DNA from: Spirochaetia bacterium
Lineage (GTDB): Bacteria > Spirochaetota > Spirochaetia > SZUA-6 > Bin103
DNA: 64,000 nucleotides
Direction of reading: 5' to 3'
NCBI GenBank assembly: GCA_965208575.1
Contig: CBDBOV010000005.1
Coordinates: 64,001-128,000, forward strand
Shown here: in pieces, positions 49,447-59,372 of the stretch
How the letters are laid out: each line of letters opens with the position of its first letter
Position numbering within the stretch: the first letter of the stretch is position 1
The notes under the pieces: model-generated
What the model was told of the DNA's origin: nothing
The model's input: only the letters and a program-made list of their open reading frames with translations
The model's database searches: none
Made by a program: the position numbers and the translations under genes

Positions 49447-50379
49447 TCAAGCCGACCGGGCACCAAGGGCGCCAAGACGCCCCGCACCGCCCCTGAGCCT
49501 CGGATCAAGCAGGTCCCTCACCGCATCGCCGAACATGTTCAGACTGTAAACGGTAATGGTCAGGCAAAGACCAGGCCAGAGGGCCAGCCATGGCGCCGAC
49601 TCCATGTACTGACGTCCTTCCCGGCTGAGCATGGCACCCCAGTCGGGAATCTGGACTGGCAGACCGTATCCGAGGAAGCTCAGAGAAGCCGCACTGATAA
49701 TCGCCCCCCCGATGTTGATGGTGAATATGATGATTATGGGAGCCGCAATATTAGGAAGGACATGGCGGACAAGTGTTCTCCATTTTGAGCTGCCAATCGC
49801 CTCCGCCGCCTGAAAATAGACTTTCTCTTTGACGCCAATCACGGCACCTCTGACTACTCTCGAGCCGCCGATTCCTCCTGCTATCCCCAGAACCAATATT
49901 ATCTGTGGCAGACCCCGCCCCACTATGGACATTATGGTTAACAACAGGAGCAGTCCTGGAAAAGCCATCCAGGCATCGACAAATCTCTGGACGGCCATGT
50001 CCAGTTTACCGCCAAAGAATCCCGAGATGCCGCCTATCAGGATAGCCACCACGACATTGACAGTAGTCGCGGCCAGGCCGACAAGCAACGAAATGCGAGC
50101 GCCGTAGATAAGGCGGCTCAAGAGGTCTCGCCCGGCATGGTCGGTGCCCAGCAGATACCGGGTTGATGAGCCCTGCATCCTGTCTGCCAGGTGCGCTTCC
50201 CAGAATGGATAAGGAGCCAGAACATCGGCAAAGATCGCCACCAGAATCAATATCAATACAACGATCCCGCAGCCAGCACCTAGTGGCTGCTCCTTCCACA
50301 GCCTGTTAAGGAAATCAGCGAGCCCGGTACGTCGCTTTGGCTCACGTACTGCTGATGGTATCCCTAGAGCACCACTCAC
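49447..50379 (-). CDS. DppC/OppC-type ABC permease
   Basis: LLGTDHAGRD, HVLPN and SLSFLG motifs. Confidence 0.92.
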   Translation of the reverse strand: MSGALGIPSAVREPKRRTGLADFLNRLWKEQPLGAGCGIVVLILILVAIFADVLAPYPFWEAHLADRMQGSSTRYLLGTDHAGRDLLSRLIYGARISLLVGLAATTVNVVVAILIGGISGFFGGKLDMAVQRFVDAWMAFPGLLLLLTIMSIVGRGLPQIILVLGIAGGIGGSRVVRGAVIGVKEKVYFQAAEAIGSSKWRTLVRHVLPNIAAPIIIIFTINIGGAIISAASLSFLGYGLPVQIPDWGAMLSREGRQYMESAPWLALWPGLCLTITVYSLNMFGDAVRDLLDPRLRGGAGRLGALGARSA

Positions 50380-50396
50380 ACTCGCTTTCTTCTCCT

Positions 50397-51398
50397 TTAT
50401 CTATAACGGACCGCGGGGTCCAAATAAGGATAAATCAGGTCGATCATGAGATTGATTCCAATAACCGCCGTGGCGAAGAGCAGGTTTATCCCGGAGACCA
50501 ACGGGTAGTCTCTGACTTGCAGTGCATCGAGCATGAGACGACCTAATCCTGGCAGATTGAAGATGTTCTCCATGATCACCGAGCCGCCTACCAGGATAGG
50601 CATTTGCAGTCCTATCAGGGTAACTACCGGGATGAGGGCATTCTTGACGGCGTGTCTCATAACAACGACCCGCTCCTTGAGTCCCTTGGACCAGGCCGTC
50701 CTGATATAGTCCTGCCTGAGCACCTCCAGCATCATGGTGCGGGTCATGCGCATGGTGGCTGCAGACAGGTAGGTCCCCAGAATCAGGCTGGGAATGAGGA
50801 ACATCCCCAGATTCCCCAGCGGGTCTTCGCGGAAAGGAATCAGCTGCATCGGTGGCGACCAACCCCACCAGATGACCGGGTAGATCATGACCATGATACC
50901 CAGCCAGAAGTTAGGCGTTGCCAGGCCAACGACGGCGATCGAGCGCCCCACGTAGTCGGCGACCGTATACTGGCGAATCGCCGAGTAGATGCCGACCGGC
51001 AGCGCTATCAAGAGCCCGATTGCGATCGCCAGAACACCAAGCTCAATGGTTACCGGCAATCTGGACAGTATCCTCTGCTGTACTGTTAAACCGCCAAGCA
51101 GTGATTCGCCAAGGGTGCCCTGGAGGATACCGTTGAAGTGGGACTCCTCGATCGTCGGGTCAGGGGTCGGCAACACTCCTATCCAGCGTCCATACTGCAC
51201 GTAGACCGGCACGTCCAATCCCAGCTTACGCTCAACAGCTTCACGGTCTATATCGCCGGCACCCATATACGCCAAATCTCCAACCATGACGTCGATGATA
51301 TCGCCGGGGATGAAGCGGACGGAGAGAAAGACGAGGATGGTCAATATCAACAAGGTGGGGATTATCAGCAATAACCGCCTGTTGATGTAGGCTCTCAT
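50397..51398 (-). CDS. DppB/OppB-type ABC permease
   Basis: QDYIRTAWSKGL (EAA loop), IFNLPGLG and RDYP motifs. Confidence 0.93.
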   Translation of the reverse strand: MRAYINRRLLLIIPTLLILTILVFLSVRFIPGDIIDVMVGDLAYMGAGDIDREAVERKLGLDVPVYVQYGRWIGVLPTPDPTIEESHFNGILQGTLGESLLGGLTVQQRILSRLPVTIELGVLAIAIGLLIALPVGIYSAIRQYTVADYVGRSIAVVGLATPNFWLGIMVMIYPVIWWGWSPPMQLIPFREDPLGNLGMFLIPSLILGTYLSAATMRMTRTMMLEVLRQDYIRTAWSKGLKERVVVMRHAVKNALIPVVTLIGLQMPILVGGSVIMENIFNLPGLGRLMLDALQVRDYPLVSGINLLFATAVIGINLMIDLIYPYLDPAVRYR

Positions 51399-51455
51399 GT
51401 GACAACCTGTCGTTTGGAGTCCCTCGGGCGGTCTCCTCGCAAAGAGATCTTGGGT

Positions 51456-51500
51456 GGGAGCTGGGAAGCTTGCCCCTCGTGGGGTTTACTCCCAGCTCCC
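51456..51500. terminator. intercistronic hairpin after the SBP gene
   Basis: GGGAGCTGGGA...TCCCAGCTCCC. Confidence 0.65.
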
Positions 51501-51535
51501 TTTTCCCTCATACAAGTCACAAGGGATGAAAACCC

Positions 51536-53320
51536 CTAATGACCCATTGCTTCCTTCAGCTCACTATCAATCCAGAGACGGGCCAGGATGGGAAGACGGT
51601 GCTGGCCGCCAAAGTGGACTTCTCCGTTATAACCTTCGACCCACGGCTGGACCGCCATGTACTTGCCGGCTTTTGGACCCCATAAGTACACATGCTTCTC
51701 TATCATGTACATATCTGCCTCCCTCGCCAGTCTCTGCTCCTCTGCAAGCGAGGCAGCGGATTCACCGGCTTCAATCATGGCGTCCAACTCAGCGTCCTTG
51801 AAGCTGGGAATGTTCCAAATTGACGTCGAGTGACCATTGTTGCGTAGAACCGGCACAGCACCATAAGGATGACTCCAGCCGGTAACTGCGCCAGCCATAC
51901 CTCCATAGTCCCCTCCTGTAAGCAGAGGGATAAGCTGAGGTCGGTCCATACCCCTGATCTCTACGTCAACGCCAATTGCCTTCCAGTATCCCGCGGCTAT
52001 TTCGGCGTACCCCAGATCTCCCTCACTGCTCCAGACCAAGGCAGTCTCGAAGCCATCGGGATAGCCAGCTTCCGCCAGAAGCTGCCGCGCCCGTTCCGGG
52101 TCATAGGCATAGTTTTTCTTGACCTCGTCCGGCCACTCGTCAAACGGCGTGTAGTATCCTTTGAGACCTTCCCCTACGGGCCCCTGAGGTTTCCACATCG
52201 CAGTGCCCTTGTAGTAGGTATCGTTAATGGTCTGTAGGTCCAACGCAATCTGCATCGCCTTGCGCACCCTGATGTCGTCAAACGGCGGCTTGGTGGTGTC
52301 AAGGGCGACAGAGTTTTCCGAACGATCCCACCACGGGACCAGATCGATTTCAGGGTCGGTCTTGCGGAGGCTATCAAGCACGTCGGCCGACACGATATCA
52401 GAGACCCCCGCAGGGAAACCCAGGAAATCGATCCTGCCGGAGCGCAGTCCCGCCAAGCGCGTGGCTTCCTCCATGATGAAAAGGCCCACTAACTTGTCAG
52501 TGTAAGGCAAGCGGTTTTGCGGGTACTTTTCGTCGAAGCCCCAGTAGTCTGGATTCCTGGTGTGGGTGATAGACGTACCTTGCACCCAGTCAGTCAGCTC
52601 ATAGGGCCCAGTGCCGACGAAGTTCCTCCAATCCGAAATGTCGCCGTGTTGTTCGATTACCTCGCGGGGCAATATAAATCCGATATGTACAACCATGATC
52701 TTATGCAGCGCACCGGGGTTTGGTTCCTTCAGCTTGAACTCCACCGTCCATTGGTCGGTGGCCGTTACCGATTCGGTCCCTATAGCCTCCAGAAGGGAAC
52801 CTGGCAAAGGCTCGGTGTAACCGCTGCCGAGTCCCCAGATACGGTGATAGTTGTACTCGATATCCTGGGCGGTCAGTTCGCGACCGTTCATCGGCGCCTT
52901 ATTATGCCAGTGAACGCCCTTGCGGATGTGGAACGTATAGGTGAGGCCGTCCGGGGAGATTTCCCAGCTTTCCGCCAATTGCCCGGCCGCGACGTCTACC
53001 GGGATATACTGGTTCGAGAAATCATATTGGTCCCTATCCACTGCCCAATTGGGGATAACCAGCTGCTCTGCAACGCCACCGATGGCCAGTCCTGCGCTGC
53101 CGTACACAAGGGTATCAGCACTCGGTGGCTCGAGCATGGTGGCGAAGGTCAAGGTCCCGCCATACTGCGGCGCGGTGACCATCTCGCCGGTGGTGGGGTC
53201 GGTCACCATCTCCTTCTCCATCGCCGCCGCCGGCTCCTCCTGTGCGGCAGCCGCCCAGGCTCCGGTTGCGGCCAGAACCAGGCCCGCCAGTACGGCGAGG
53301 CACGTTCTTGCATGATTCAT
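51536..53320 (-). CDS. family 5 ABC substrate-binding protein
   Basis: Signal peptide; PQYGGTL, LAESW, VGTGPY, PFDDIRVRKA and YDPERARQLLAEAGY motifs. Confidence 0.93.
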   Translation of the reverse strand: MNHARTCLAVLAGLVLAATGAWAAAAQEEPAAAMEKEMVTDPTTGEMVTAPQYGGTLTFATMLEPPSADTLVYGSAGLAIGGVAEQLVIPNWAVDRDQYDFSNQYIPVDVAAGQLAESWEISPDGLTYTFHIRKGVHWHNKAPMNGRELTAQDIEYNYHRIWGLGSGYTEPLPGSLLEAIGTESVTATDQWTVEFKLKEPNPGALHKIMVVHIGFILPREVIEQHGDISDWRNFVGTGPYELTDWVQGTSITHTRNPDYWGFDEKYPQNRLPYTDKLVGLFIMEEATRLAGLRSGRIDFLGFPAGVSDIVSADVLDSLRKTDPEIDLVPWWDRSENSVALDTTKPPFDDIRVRKAMQIALDLQTINDTYYKGTAMWKPQGPVGEGLKGYYTPFDEWPDEVKKNYAYDPERARQLLAEAGYPDGFETALVWSSEGDLGYAEIAAGYWKAIGVDVEIRGMDRPQLIPLLTGGDYGGMAGAVTGWSHPYGAVPVLRNNGHSTSIWNIPSFKDAELDAMIEAGESAASLAEEQRLAREADMYMIEKHVYLWGPKAGKYMAVQPWVEGYNGEVHFGGQHRLPILARLWIDSELKEAMGH

Positions 53321-53363
53321 GAATTGGTCCTCCTGTGCTTTCGAGAACACGGATTTCAGTGCC

Positions 53364-53484
53364 GCTCCCTCGCCTGCTCCCGCGGCCCGCGAGCCGACTA
53401 TTCCGACGAGGGCGACAACAACTTCAGGTCGACGGCGGGCGATGAGCCAGCACGGCGTCGACCGCGGCCCCTGGTGCGGATGCG
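53364..53484 (-). repeat. 121-bp leader, copy 2
   Basis: Identical to 49074-49194. Confidence 0.9.
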
Positions 53485-53691
53485 TGGTTTACATGTTCAC
53501 TCCTCCCCCCGTCCGCCGCGCGCAGGCGGGAGGCGGAGCGGCGGCTCGCCGGTGGTTGGTTCCCATGTCCGGCAACGCCGGGGGATTGGAGATGGTGGGC
53601 AGAGGGCTGCGACGTCGTTGCATCACCTGGCAGGAACGCTGAGTCCTATGGTCGCACATCGTCGGCATGAGTCCGGAACCCTGAATGATCC

Positions 53692-53720
53692 ACCATGCAA
53701 CGCCCGCCGCAGCCTGTCAA
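53692..53720 (-). promoter_or_regulatory. sigma70-like promoter for the ABC operon
   Basis: TTGACA-N17-CATGGT. Confidence 0.5.
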
Positions 53721-53787
53721 CTGAACGTTGCGCGCATCGTCGTCGATTCGCCCCGCTTCAAGCATCCAGCTTGACGCATGCCAACTT

Positions 53788-53807
53788 TGACACTATCAAT
53801 AGTGTCA
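53788..53807. promoter_or_regulatory. perfect palindrome, probable HicAB operator
   Basis: TGACACTAT-CA-ATAGTGTCA overlapping the hicA ATG. Confidence 0.7.
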
Positions 53808-54103
53808 TGCCCGAGACCGGGGCGAAGGTTCACGCTGCAATCGCCGTCCTGTCAACCGGTGCCGACATTCGATGCAACGCGATGGTCCGGCTGCTCACAG
53901 GACTGGGGTTTTCCGTACGGGACGGCAGGAAGCAGGGGCACAAGGTTGTCACCCATTCCGGACTCGCGGCGTTCACGTCGGCGGCATTCTCTTGCGGCCA
54001 TGGAGGGAATCCGCACGTCAAGCGGGTGTACGTGGCGAGCATCCGCTCGTTGCTCGCATCGTACGCAGACGACTTGCAGAAGTGGTCAGGAGGGCAGAGA
54101 TGA
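53807..54103 (+). CDS. hicA: HicA-family toxin
   Basis: LLTGLGFSVRDGRKQGHKVVTH...H...VKRVYV; ATGA coupling to hicB. Confidence 0.75.
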   Translation: MPETGAKVHAAIAVLSTGADIRCNAMVRLLTGLGFSVRDGRKQGHKVVTHSGLAAFTSAAFSCGHGGNPHVKRVYVASIRSLLASYADDLQKWSGGQR

Positions 54104-54492
54104 CGGCGAGACCCAACCCGTATGCGTACAACATCACGGTACGAGAATGCGAGTTCGAAGGCGAACCGCTGTTCGAGGCGCGAATCAAGGAGTTGCCGGA
54201 CGTTCGCGAGTTTGCGGAGTCGGCACAGGCGGCCTACGCTCTGGCCATCGACACTATCGAAACCGCCGCCGCGATGTTTGCCGAAACCGGTCGCCCCTTT
54301 CCGCCTCCCGTCCGCCCGCAGGATCAGTACAGCGGTCGCGTGACGCTGCGTCTTCCGAAGAGCTTGCATCGGGAGCTGGCGAGCGCCGCCGAAGAGGAAG
54401 GCGTGAGCCTCAACCAACACCTCGTAACGGCCCTGGTCAGCCACGCGCGGGGTCTGCCGGCGCAAGCTCCGGACCGTCGCACCAGGATCTGA
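54100..54492 (+). CDS. hicB: HicB-family antitoxin (RHH)
   Basis: ARIKELPD...YSGRVTLRLPKSLHRELA..AEEEGVSLNQ. Confidence 0.9.
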   Translation: MTARPNPYAYNITVRECEFEGEPLFEARIKELPDVREFAESAQAAYALAIDTIETAAAMFAETGRPFPPPVRPQDQYSGRVTLRLPKSLHRELASAAEEEGVSLNQHLVTALVSHARGLPAQAPDRRTRI

Positions 54493-54544
54493 ATCCTCGA
54501 CGGACAACGGCACGGCGTCCGTGGTACGGTGACTGCGCCCAGAG

Positions 54545-55675
54545 ATGAATGGTTCGTCCCTCATCGACGCGGATGTGCACGTCGAGGTCCCGTACCTGGA
54601 AGCGCTCCATCCCTACCTGTCCGACCACTGGATCGAGCACTTCACGCAGTCGCTCGACCGCGGCGCCAGCCCGCCCGCGCCGCCGGCCCCCGGCGCGCCC
54701 AAGCTGACGCGCCACACCTGGCACGCGCCGCCGTACTACCCGCCCAACTCGCCGGTCGCCGACCGTGCCGGCGGCGCACGGGCCGGCGACGGCGGCGGCC
54801 TGGAGCGGTTGCGGCGCGAGGTGCTGGATGCGGGCGGCGTGGAAACGGCGGTGACGAGCTGTCTCTACCCGGTGGACCGCCTCGGCAACCCGGACGCCGC
54901 CGACGCCCTGGCGCGGGCGGTCAACGACTGGCAGATCGAGCACTGGCTGGAGCGCGAACCGCGCCTGCGCGGCTCCATCGTGGTGCCGATCCAGCTTCCC
55001 GAGCTGGCGGTAGCGGAGATCGAGCGGGTCGGCGGCCACCCCGGCTTCGTGCAGGTGCTGCTGCCCGTGCGCACCGAGCATCCCCTGGGCAACCGCCTCT
55101 ACCACCCGCTGTGGGCGGCGATCGAGCGCCACGACCTGGTGGCGGGCGTGCACTTCGGCGGCCAGCCCAACACGCCGCCGACGCCGACCGGCTGGCCTTC
55201 CTACTTCATCGAGACCTACGCCGCGATGGCGCAGGTGTTCGCCACCCAGCTCACCAGCATCATCGTGGAGGGCGTGTTCGACGCCTGCCCCGGCCTGCGG
55301 GTGGCGTTCCTGGAGTCCGGCTTCACCTGGCTGCCGGCGCACCTGTGGCGCATGGACAAGGAGTGGAAGAACCTGCGCCGGCTGGTGCCGTGGGTGCGGC
55401 GGCCGCCGTCCGACTACGTGCGCGAGCACGTGCGGATCGGCATTCAGCCGCTCGACGCGCCGCCCACCGCGGCCCAGATGCTGCAGGTCTTCGACCAGCT
55501 CGGCTCGGAGGATCTCTTGATGTACGCCAGCGACTTTCCGCACGTGCACCTGTTCGACGCCGGCGGCAAGCTGCTCGACCTGTTGCCGCGGCCGGTGCAG
55601 AATAAGGTGCGAAGCGAGACCGCCCGCCGTCTCTATCGCCTGGACGGCGGCAAAGGAGCGCAGGAACATGGCTGA
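54545..55675 (+). CDS. amidohydrolase_2 family protein
   Basis: IDADVH, NDWQIEHWL, FLESG and YASDFPH motifs. Confidence 0.9.
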   Translation: MNGSSLIDADVHVEVPYLEALHPYLSDHWIEHFTQSLDRGASPPAPPAPGAPKLTRHTWHAPPYYPPNSPVADRAGGARAGDGGGLERLRREVLDAGGVETAVTSCLYPVDRLGNPDAADALARAVNDWQIEHWLEREPRLRGSIVVPIQLPELAVAEIERVGGHPGFVQVLLPVRTEHPLGNRLYHPLWAAIERHDLVAGVHFGGQPNTPPTPTGWPSYFIETYAAMAQVFATQLTSIIVEGVFDACPGLRVAFLESGFTWLPAHLWRMDKEWKNLRRLVPWVRRPPSDYVREHVRIGIQPLDAPPTAAQMLQVFDQLGSEDLLMYASDFPHVHLFDAGGKLLDLLPRPVQNKVRSETARRLYRLDGGKGAQEHG

Positions 55676-56768
55676 CACGCCCACCGCGGACACCGAAACG
55701 AGGCGGCCGCCCACGGCCGCCGGGGCGCAGGCGTTTATCGACTGCGACCTGCACAACGAGCTGGACTCGATACGGGATCTCTACCCCTACCTGTCCAGGC
55801 ACTGGCGCGACCACATCGACACCTACGGCACGGGCGGTCCCAACGCCGGCTGGTATCCGCGGTTTCTCGACCACCGGGAGGAGAGCCGGCCGCCGTCCGG
55901 CCGCACCGCCGGGTCGGACGTGGCGTTCACGCGCACCGACTTCATCGAGCCGCACCACGTCGCCTACGGCATCCTGAACCCGCTCGGGCCGGCCGGGGGC
56001 CAGCTCAATCACGAGCTGGGCGCCGCGCTGGCCACGGCGACCAACGACTGGCAGGTGGCGGAGTGGCTCGATCCGGAACCGCGGCTGCGGGCGTCGATCG
56101 CGGTGGCGTCGGAGGACCCGGTCGGGGCGGCCGCGGAGATCCGCCGCCGCGCCGCCGACAAGCGGTTCGTGCAGGTGCTGTTCAAGGGCCGCGGCCAGGA
56201 GCCGATGGGGCGCCGCAAGTACTGGCCGATCTACGAAGCGTGCGCCGAGCACGGCATCCACGTCGCCTCGCACGCGTTCGGCCAGTACGGGTTCCCGATC
56301 ACCGGCGCCGGGCACGCCTCCTACTACATCGAAGACCACACCAGCCCGTCGCAGGCGGTGCAGGCCAACATCACCAGCCTGGTGATGGAAGGCGTGTTCG
56401 ACCGCTTCGGCATCAAGTTCGTGTCGGTCGAGAATGCGTTCGGCTGGGTGCCGTCGCTGATGTGGCGGCTCGATGCCGCCTGGAAGCTGCTCGGCGGCGA
56501 GATCCCGCACCTGGCGCGGCCGCCGTCGGAGGTGATCGCCGAGCACGTGTACGTGGCCACCCAGCCGGTCGAGGAGCCGCCGCGCCTGAGCGACTACGCC
56601 GCGCTGATGGAGCAGTTCGGCCCGATGACCGACAACCTCCTGCTGGCCAGCGACTACCCGCACTGGGACGCCGACGACCCCGGCGTCACCCTGCCGCACG
56701 TCCTGCCGGAGGAGCTCAAGCACAAGATCCGCTTCGCCAACGGCGCCCGCCTGTACGGGCTGCAGTAG
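55668..56768 (+). CDS. amidohydrolase_2 family protein (paralog)
   Basis: IDCDLH, NDWQVAEWL and ASDYPHWD motifs; overlaps the upstream gene. Confidence 0.9.
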   Translation: MADTPTADTETRRPPTAAGAQAFIDCDLHNELDSIRDLYPYLSRHWRDHIDTYGTGGPNAGWYPRFLDHREESRPPSGRTAGSDVAFTRTDFIEPHHVAYGILNPLGPAGGQLNHELGAALATATNDWQVAEWLDPEPRLRASIAVASEDPVGAAAEIRRRAADKRFVQVLFKGRGQEPMGRRKYWPIYEACAEHGIHVASHAFGQYGFPITGAGHASYYIEDHTSPSQAVQANITSLVMEGVFDRFGIKFVSVENAFGWVPSLMWRLDAAWKLLGGEIPHLARPPSEVIAEHVYVATQPVEEPPRLSDYAALMEQFGPMTDNLLLASDYPHWDADDPGVTLPHVLPEELKHKIRFANGARLYGLQ

Positions 56769-56880
56769 CCGCCCGGCTAACGGCACGTCCCTGCCGCGCG
56801 ACACGGCGAGCAACCCCGCGGGCGCCGGTCGGCAGGCCTCAGAACCGTCCGACGGCACGCCGCGCCACGGAACCGCGGAC

Positions 56881-57303
56881 GTGCTGAGCGGCGCGGCACG
56901 GCGGTTCGTCGCATCGATGCGCGTCGCCCGGCTCGCGACGGCAGACGCGAACGGCGCTCCGCACGTGGTGCCGGTGTGCTACGCCCTGCTCCGCGACAGC
57001 CTGTACGTGACCATCGACGAGAAGCCGAAGCGCTCCGCCGGGCGCGCGCTGCGGCGGCTGCGCAACATCGCCGAGAACCCGCACGCTGCCGTGGTCGTGG
57101 ATCGCTACGACGAAGACTGGTCCCGGCTCGCCTGGGTGATGCTGCGCGGCCGTGCCGACATCCTCGACCGCGGCGGCGAGCACGACCGCGCGCAGGCGGC
57201 GCTGCGTGAACGCTACGCTCAGTACCGCGCGATGGCGATCGAACCGCTGCCGGTCATCGCCGTGCGGATCACCCGCGTGAACGCGTGGGGCGCCCTCCGG
57301 TAG
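56881..57303 (+). CDS. PPOX-class (split-barrel, putative F420-dependent) oxidoreductase
   Basis: RVARLATAD..GAPHVVPV, DEKPK, LRRLRNIAENP and DRYDEDWSRLAWV motifs. Confidence 0.88.
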   Translation: MLSGAARRFVASMRVARLATADANGAPHVVPVCYALLRDSLYVTIDEKPKRSAGRALRRLRNIAENPHAAVVVDRYDEDWSRLAWVMLRGRADILDRGGEHDRAQAALRERYAQYRAMAIEPLPVIAVRITRVNAWGALR

Positions 57304-57481
57304 CTCGCTCGGTGGCGGTCTCGAGGCGACAAATTTGCGGGAGGCGCGGCTGAACTCGCACTACCTCGCACTACCCGGTAGCGGTTTCGTGCCGCCGCGC
57401 GGTGCGGTAGGATCTGGCGTGCCCCGGCGAATCTGGAACGTCCGGTTTGCATGCCCGCGCGAGATCGGTTACGCTGGCGGT

Positions 57482-58477
57482 ATGGCCAGCACCAAAGCAC
57501 CGCCCACCGGGCGCTACCAGGCAGCGCAACCCCGGCCCGCCGAGCCCGCCGAGCCGCCGGCGTTCCCGGGCTGCAAGCCGGTGCACCTGCCGCGCACCGA
57601 GATCGACCGCTTCGAGGGACGCCTCGAGTATTGGGATTCGGCCACCGAGACCGCCTGGATCAGCGAGTCCGCCACGGCCTACCACGAGCGCCCGTCGCGC
57701 CTCCTGACGCGCTTGGCCGAGCGCATCGCCGAAGTGCGCGGCTCGCCGATCGAGTCGTACGGCTCGACCGACCTGCTGCTGCGCGACCCCGGCGGCGAAC
57801 CGCGGCGCATCATGCAGGCCGACGAGTCGGTATACCTGCATCCGGCGCAGGCCAGGCGGCCGGGGGCCGCCATGGTGGTCGGCGAGGACGACTTTCCCGA
57901 CGTGGTGCTGGAGGTTGACCACACCACCGACGTCCACCGCGGCAAGCTGGCGCTGTACGAATCGTGGGGCTTCCCGGAAGTGTGGGTGGAAGTACCGGAC
58001 ACGCCGTCGCCGAGCCGCCCGCACCGGCGCCGCCCGGGACTGACCATACATGTGCTGGAGCACGGCCGGTTCCGGGTTGCGGCCGAGAGCCGGGCATTTC
58101 CCGGCTGGCGGGCGGACGAGATTCACGTGGCGTTGAACGAACCGGAGCCGTCCGCGCGCACCAGCGCGGTGGTGGAGCGGGTCGGAGCGGCGCTCGGCGC
58201 GCGCGAAGGCACCGGCCCCGACGATGACCCGCTGCTGCGCTCGCAACGGCGCCAGGGGTACGAGCGCGGCCATGCTGCAGGTCGCGCGGAAGGCCGTGCA
58301 CGGATGGTCCGGCAGATCCTGCGGTCGCGCGGCATTGCAGTGTCGGCGGGGTTCTCCGCCGCTACCGAAGCGTTCGCCGCGGCGTCCGAGGAGGCGCTGC
58401 TGGCGGCGGCGCTTGGCTGCGCCGATGAGGGGGAGTTCCTGGCCGCGCTCCGGCGCCCGCGCGACTCGGACGGCTGA
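57482..58477 (+). CDS. Uma2-like PD-(D/E)XK endonuclease with Rpn-type tail
   Basis: QADESVY, PDVVLEVDHT and YESWGFPEVW motifs; tail G..AGRAEGRA. Confidence 0.75.
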   Translation: MASTKAPPTGRYQAAQPRPAEPAEPPAFPGCKPVHLPRTEIDRFEGRLEYWDSATETAWISESATAYHERPSRLLTRLAERIAEVRGSPIESYGSTDLLLRDPGGEPRRIMQADESVYLHPAQARRPGAAMVVGEDDFPDVVLEVDHTTDVHRGKLALYESWGFPEVWVEVPDTPSPSRPHRRRPGLTIHVLEHGRFRVAAESRAFPGWRADEIHVALNEPEPSARTSAVVERVGAALGAREGTGPDDDPLLRSQRRQGYERGHAAGRAEGRARMVRQILRSRGIAVSAGFSAATEAFAAASEEALLAAALGCADEGEFLAALRRPRDSDG

Positions 58478-58481
58478 CCTT

Positions 58482-59372
58482 CTATGGGGCGCGGTGCGCG
58501 TCGAGGCGGCCGGCGGCGCCTCTGAGCCGCGGGTCGAGCAGGTCTCGCACCGCGTCGCCGAACATGTTGAGGGAGTAGACGACGATGGTCAGGCAGAGCC
58601 CCGGCCACAGCGCCAGCCAGGGCGCCTGCTCCATGTAGTGACGCCCTTCCCGGCTCAGCATCCCGCCCCAACTCGGAATCTGGGGAGGCAGACCGAAGCC
58701 GAGAAAGCTCAAGCTGGCTTCACTGATGATCACGCCGCCGATGTTGATGCTGAAGATGATGATCAGCGGCGCCATGATATTGGGCAGTACATGGCGGAAC
58801 AGGGTTTCGGTCCTGCGCGTTCCCACGACCCTGGTGGCCAGAAAGTAGTCGTTCTCCTTGACGCCGATCACCGCCGCTCGGGCTACTCTCGAGCTGCCGA
58901 TACCTCCCGTTATCCCCAGCACCAGGATGATCTGGGTCAGGCCCTGGCCCGCTATGGACATGATCGTCAACAACAGCAGCAGACCCGGAAAAGCCATCCA
59001 GGCATCCACGAAGCGCTGCATGACCAGGTCCGGTTTGCCGCCAAGAAATCCTGAAACGCCGCCGATCAGCACTGCCACCAGCACGTTCAGCGTGGTCGCG
59101 GCGAGGCCGACCAGCAACGAAATGCGGGCCCCGTAGAGCAGCCGGCTCAGAAAGTCTCGCCCGATGTAGTCGGTGCCCAGGAGATAGCGGGCAGATGAGC
59201 CCTGCAGCCGGTCCGCCGGGTGCACCTCGGCATAGGGATAAGGGGCGATAACGTCGGCAAAGATCGCCACCACGATCAGGATCAGGATGACCATGCCACT
59301 GATCGTCCCGAGCGGCTTTTGCCGCCACAGCCGGAGGAAGAAATCGGTAAACCGGCCGGTTCGCTCAATCAT
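58482..59372 (-). CDS. DppC/OppC-type ABC permease
   Basis: LLGTDYIGRD, HVLPN and EASLSFLGFG motifs. Confidence 0.92.
   Translation of the reverse strand: MIERTGRFTDFFLRLWRQKPLGTISGMVILILIVVAIFADVIAPYPYAEVHPADRLQGSSARYLLGTDYIGRDFLSRLLYGARISLLVGLAATTLNVLVAVLIGGVSGFLGGKPDLVMQRFVDAWMAFPGLLLLLTIMSIAGQGLTQIILVLGITGGIGSSRVARAAVIGVKENDYFLATRVVGTRRTETLFRHVLPNIMAPLIIIFSINIGGVIISEASLSFLGFGLPPQIPSWGGMLSREGRHYMEQAPWLALWPGLCLTIVVYSLNMFGDAVRDLLDPRLRGAAGRLDAHRAP

Noticed and set aside
52517-53806. 528-aa ORF ending in HicA
   Set aside because: The upstream part is antisense to the SBP gene; only 53807-54103 is credible.
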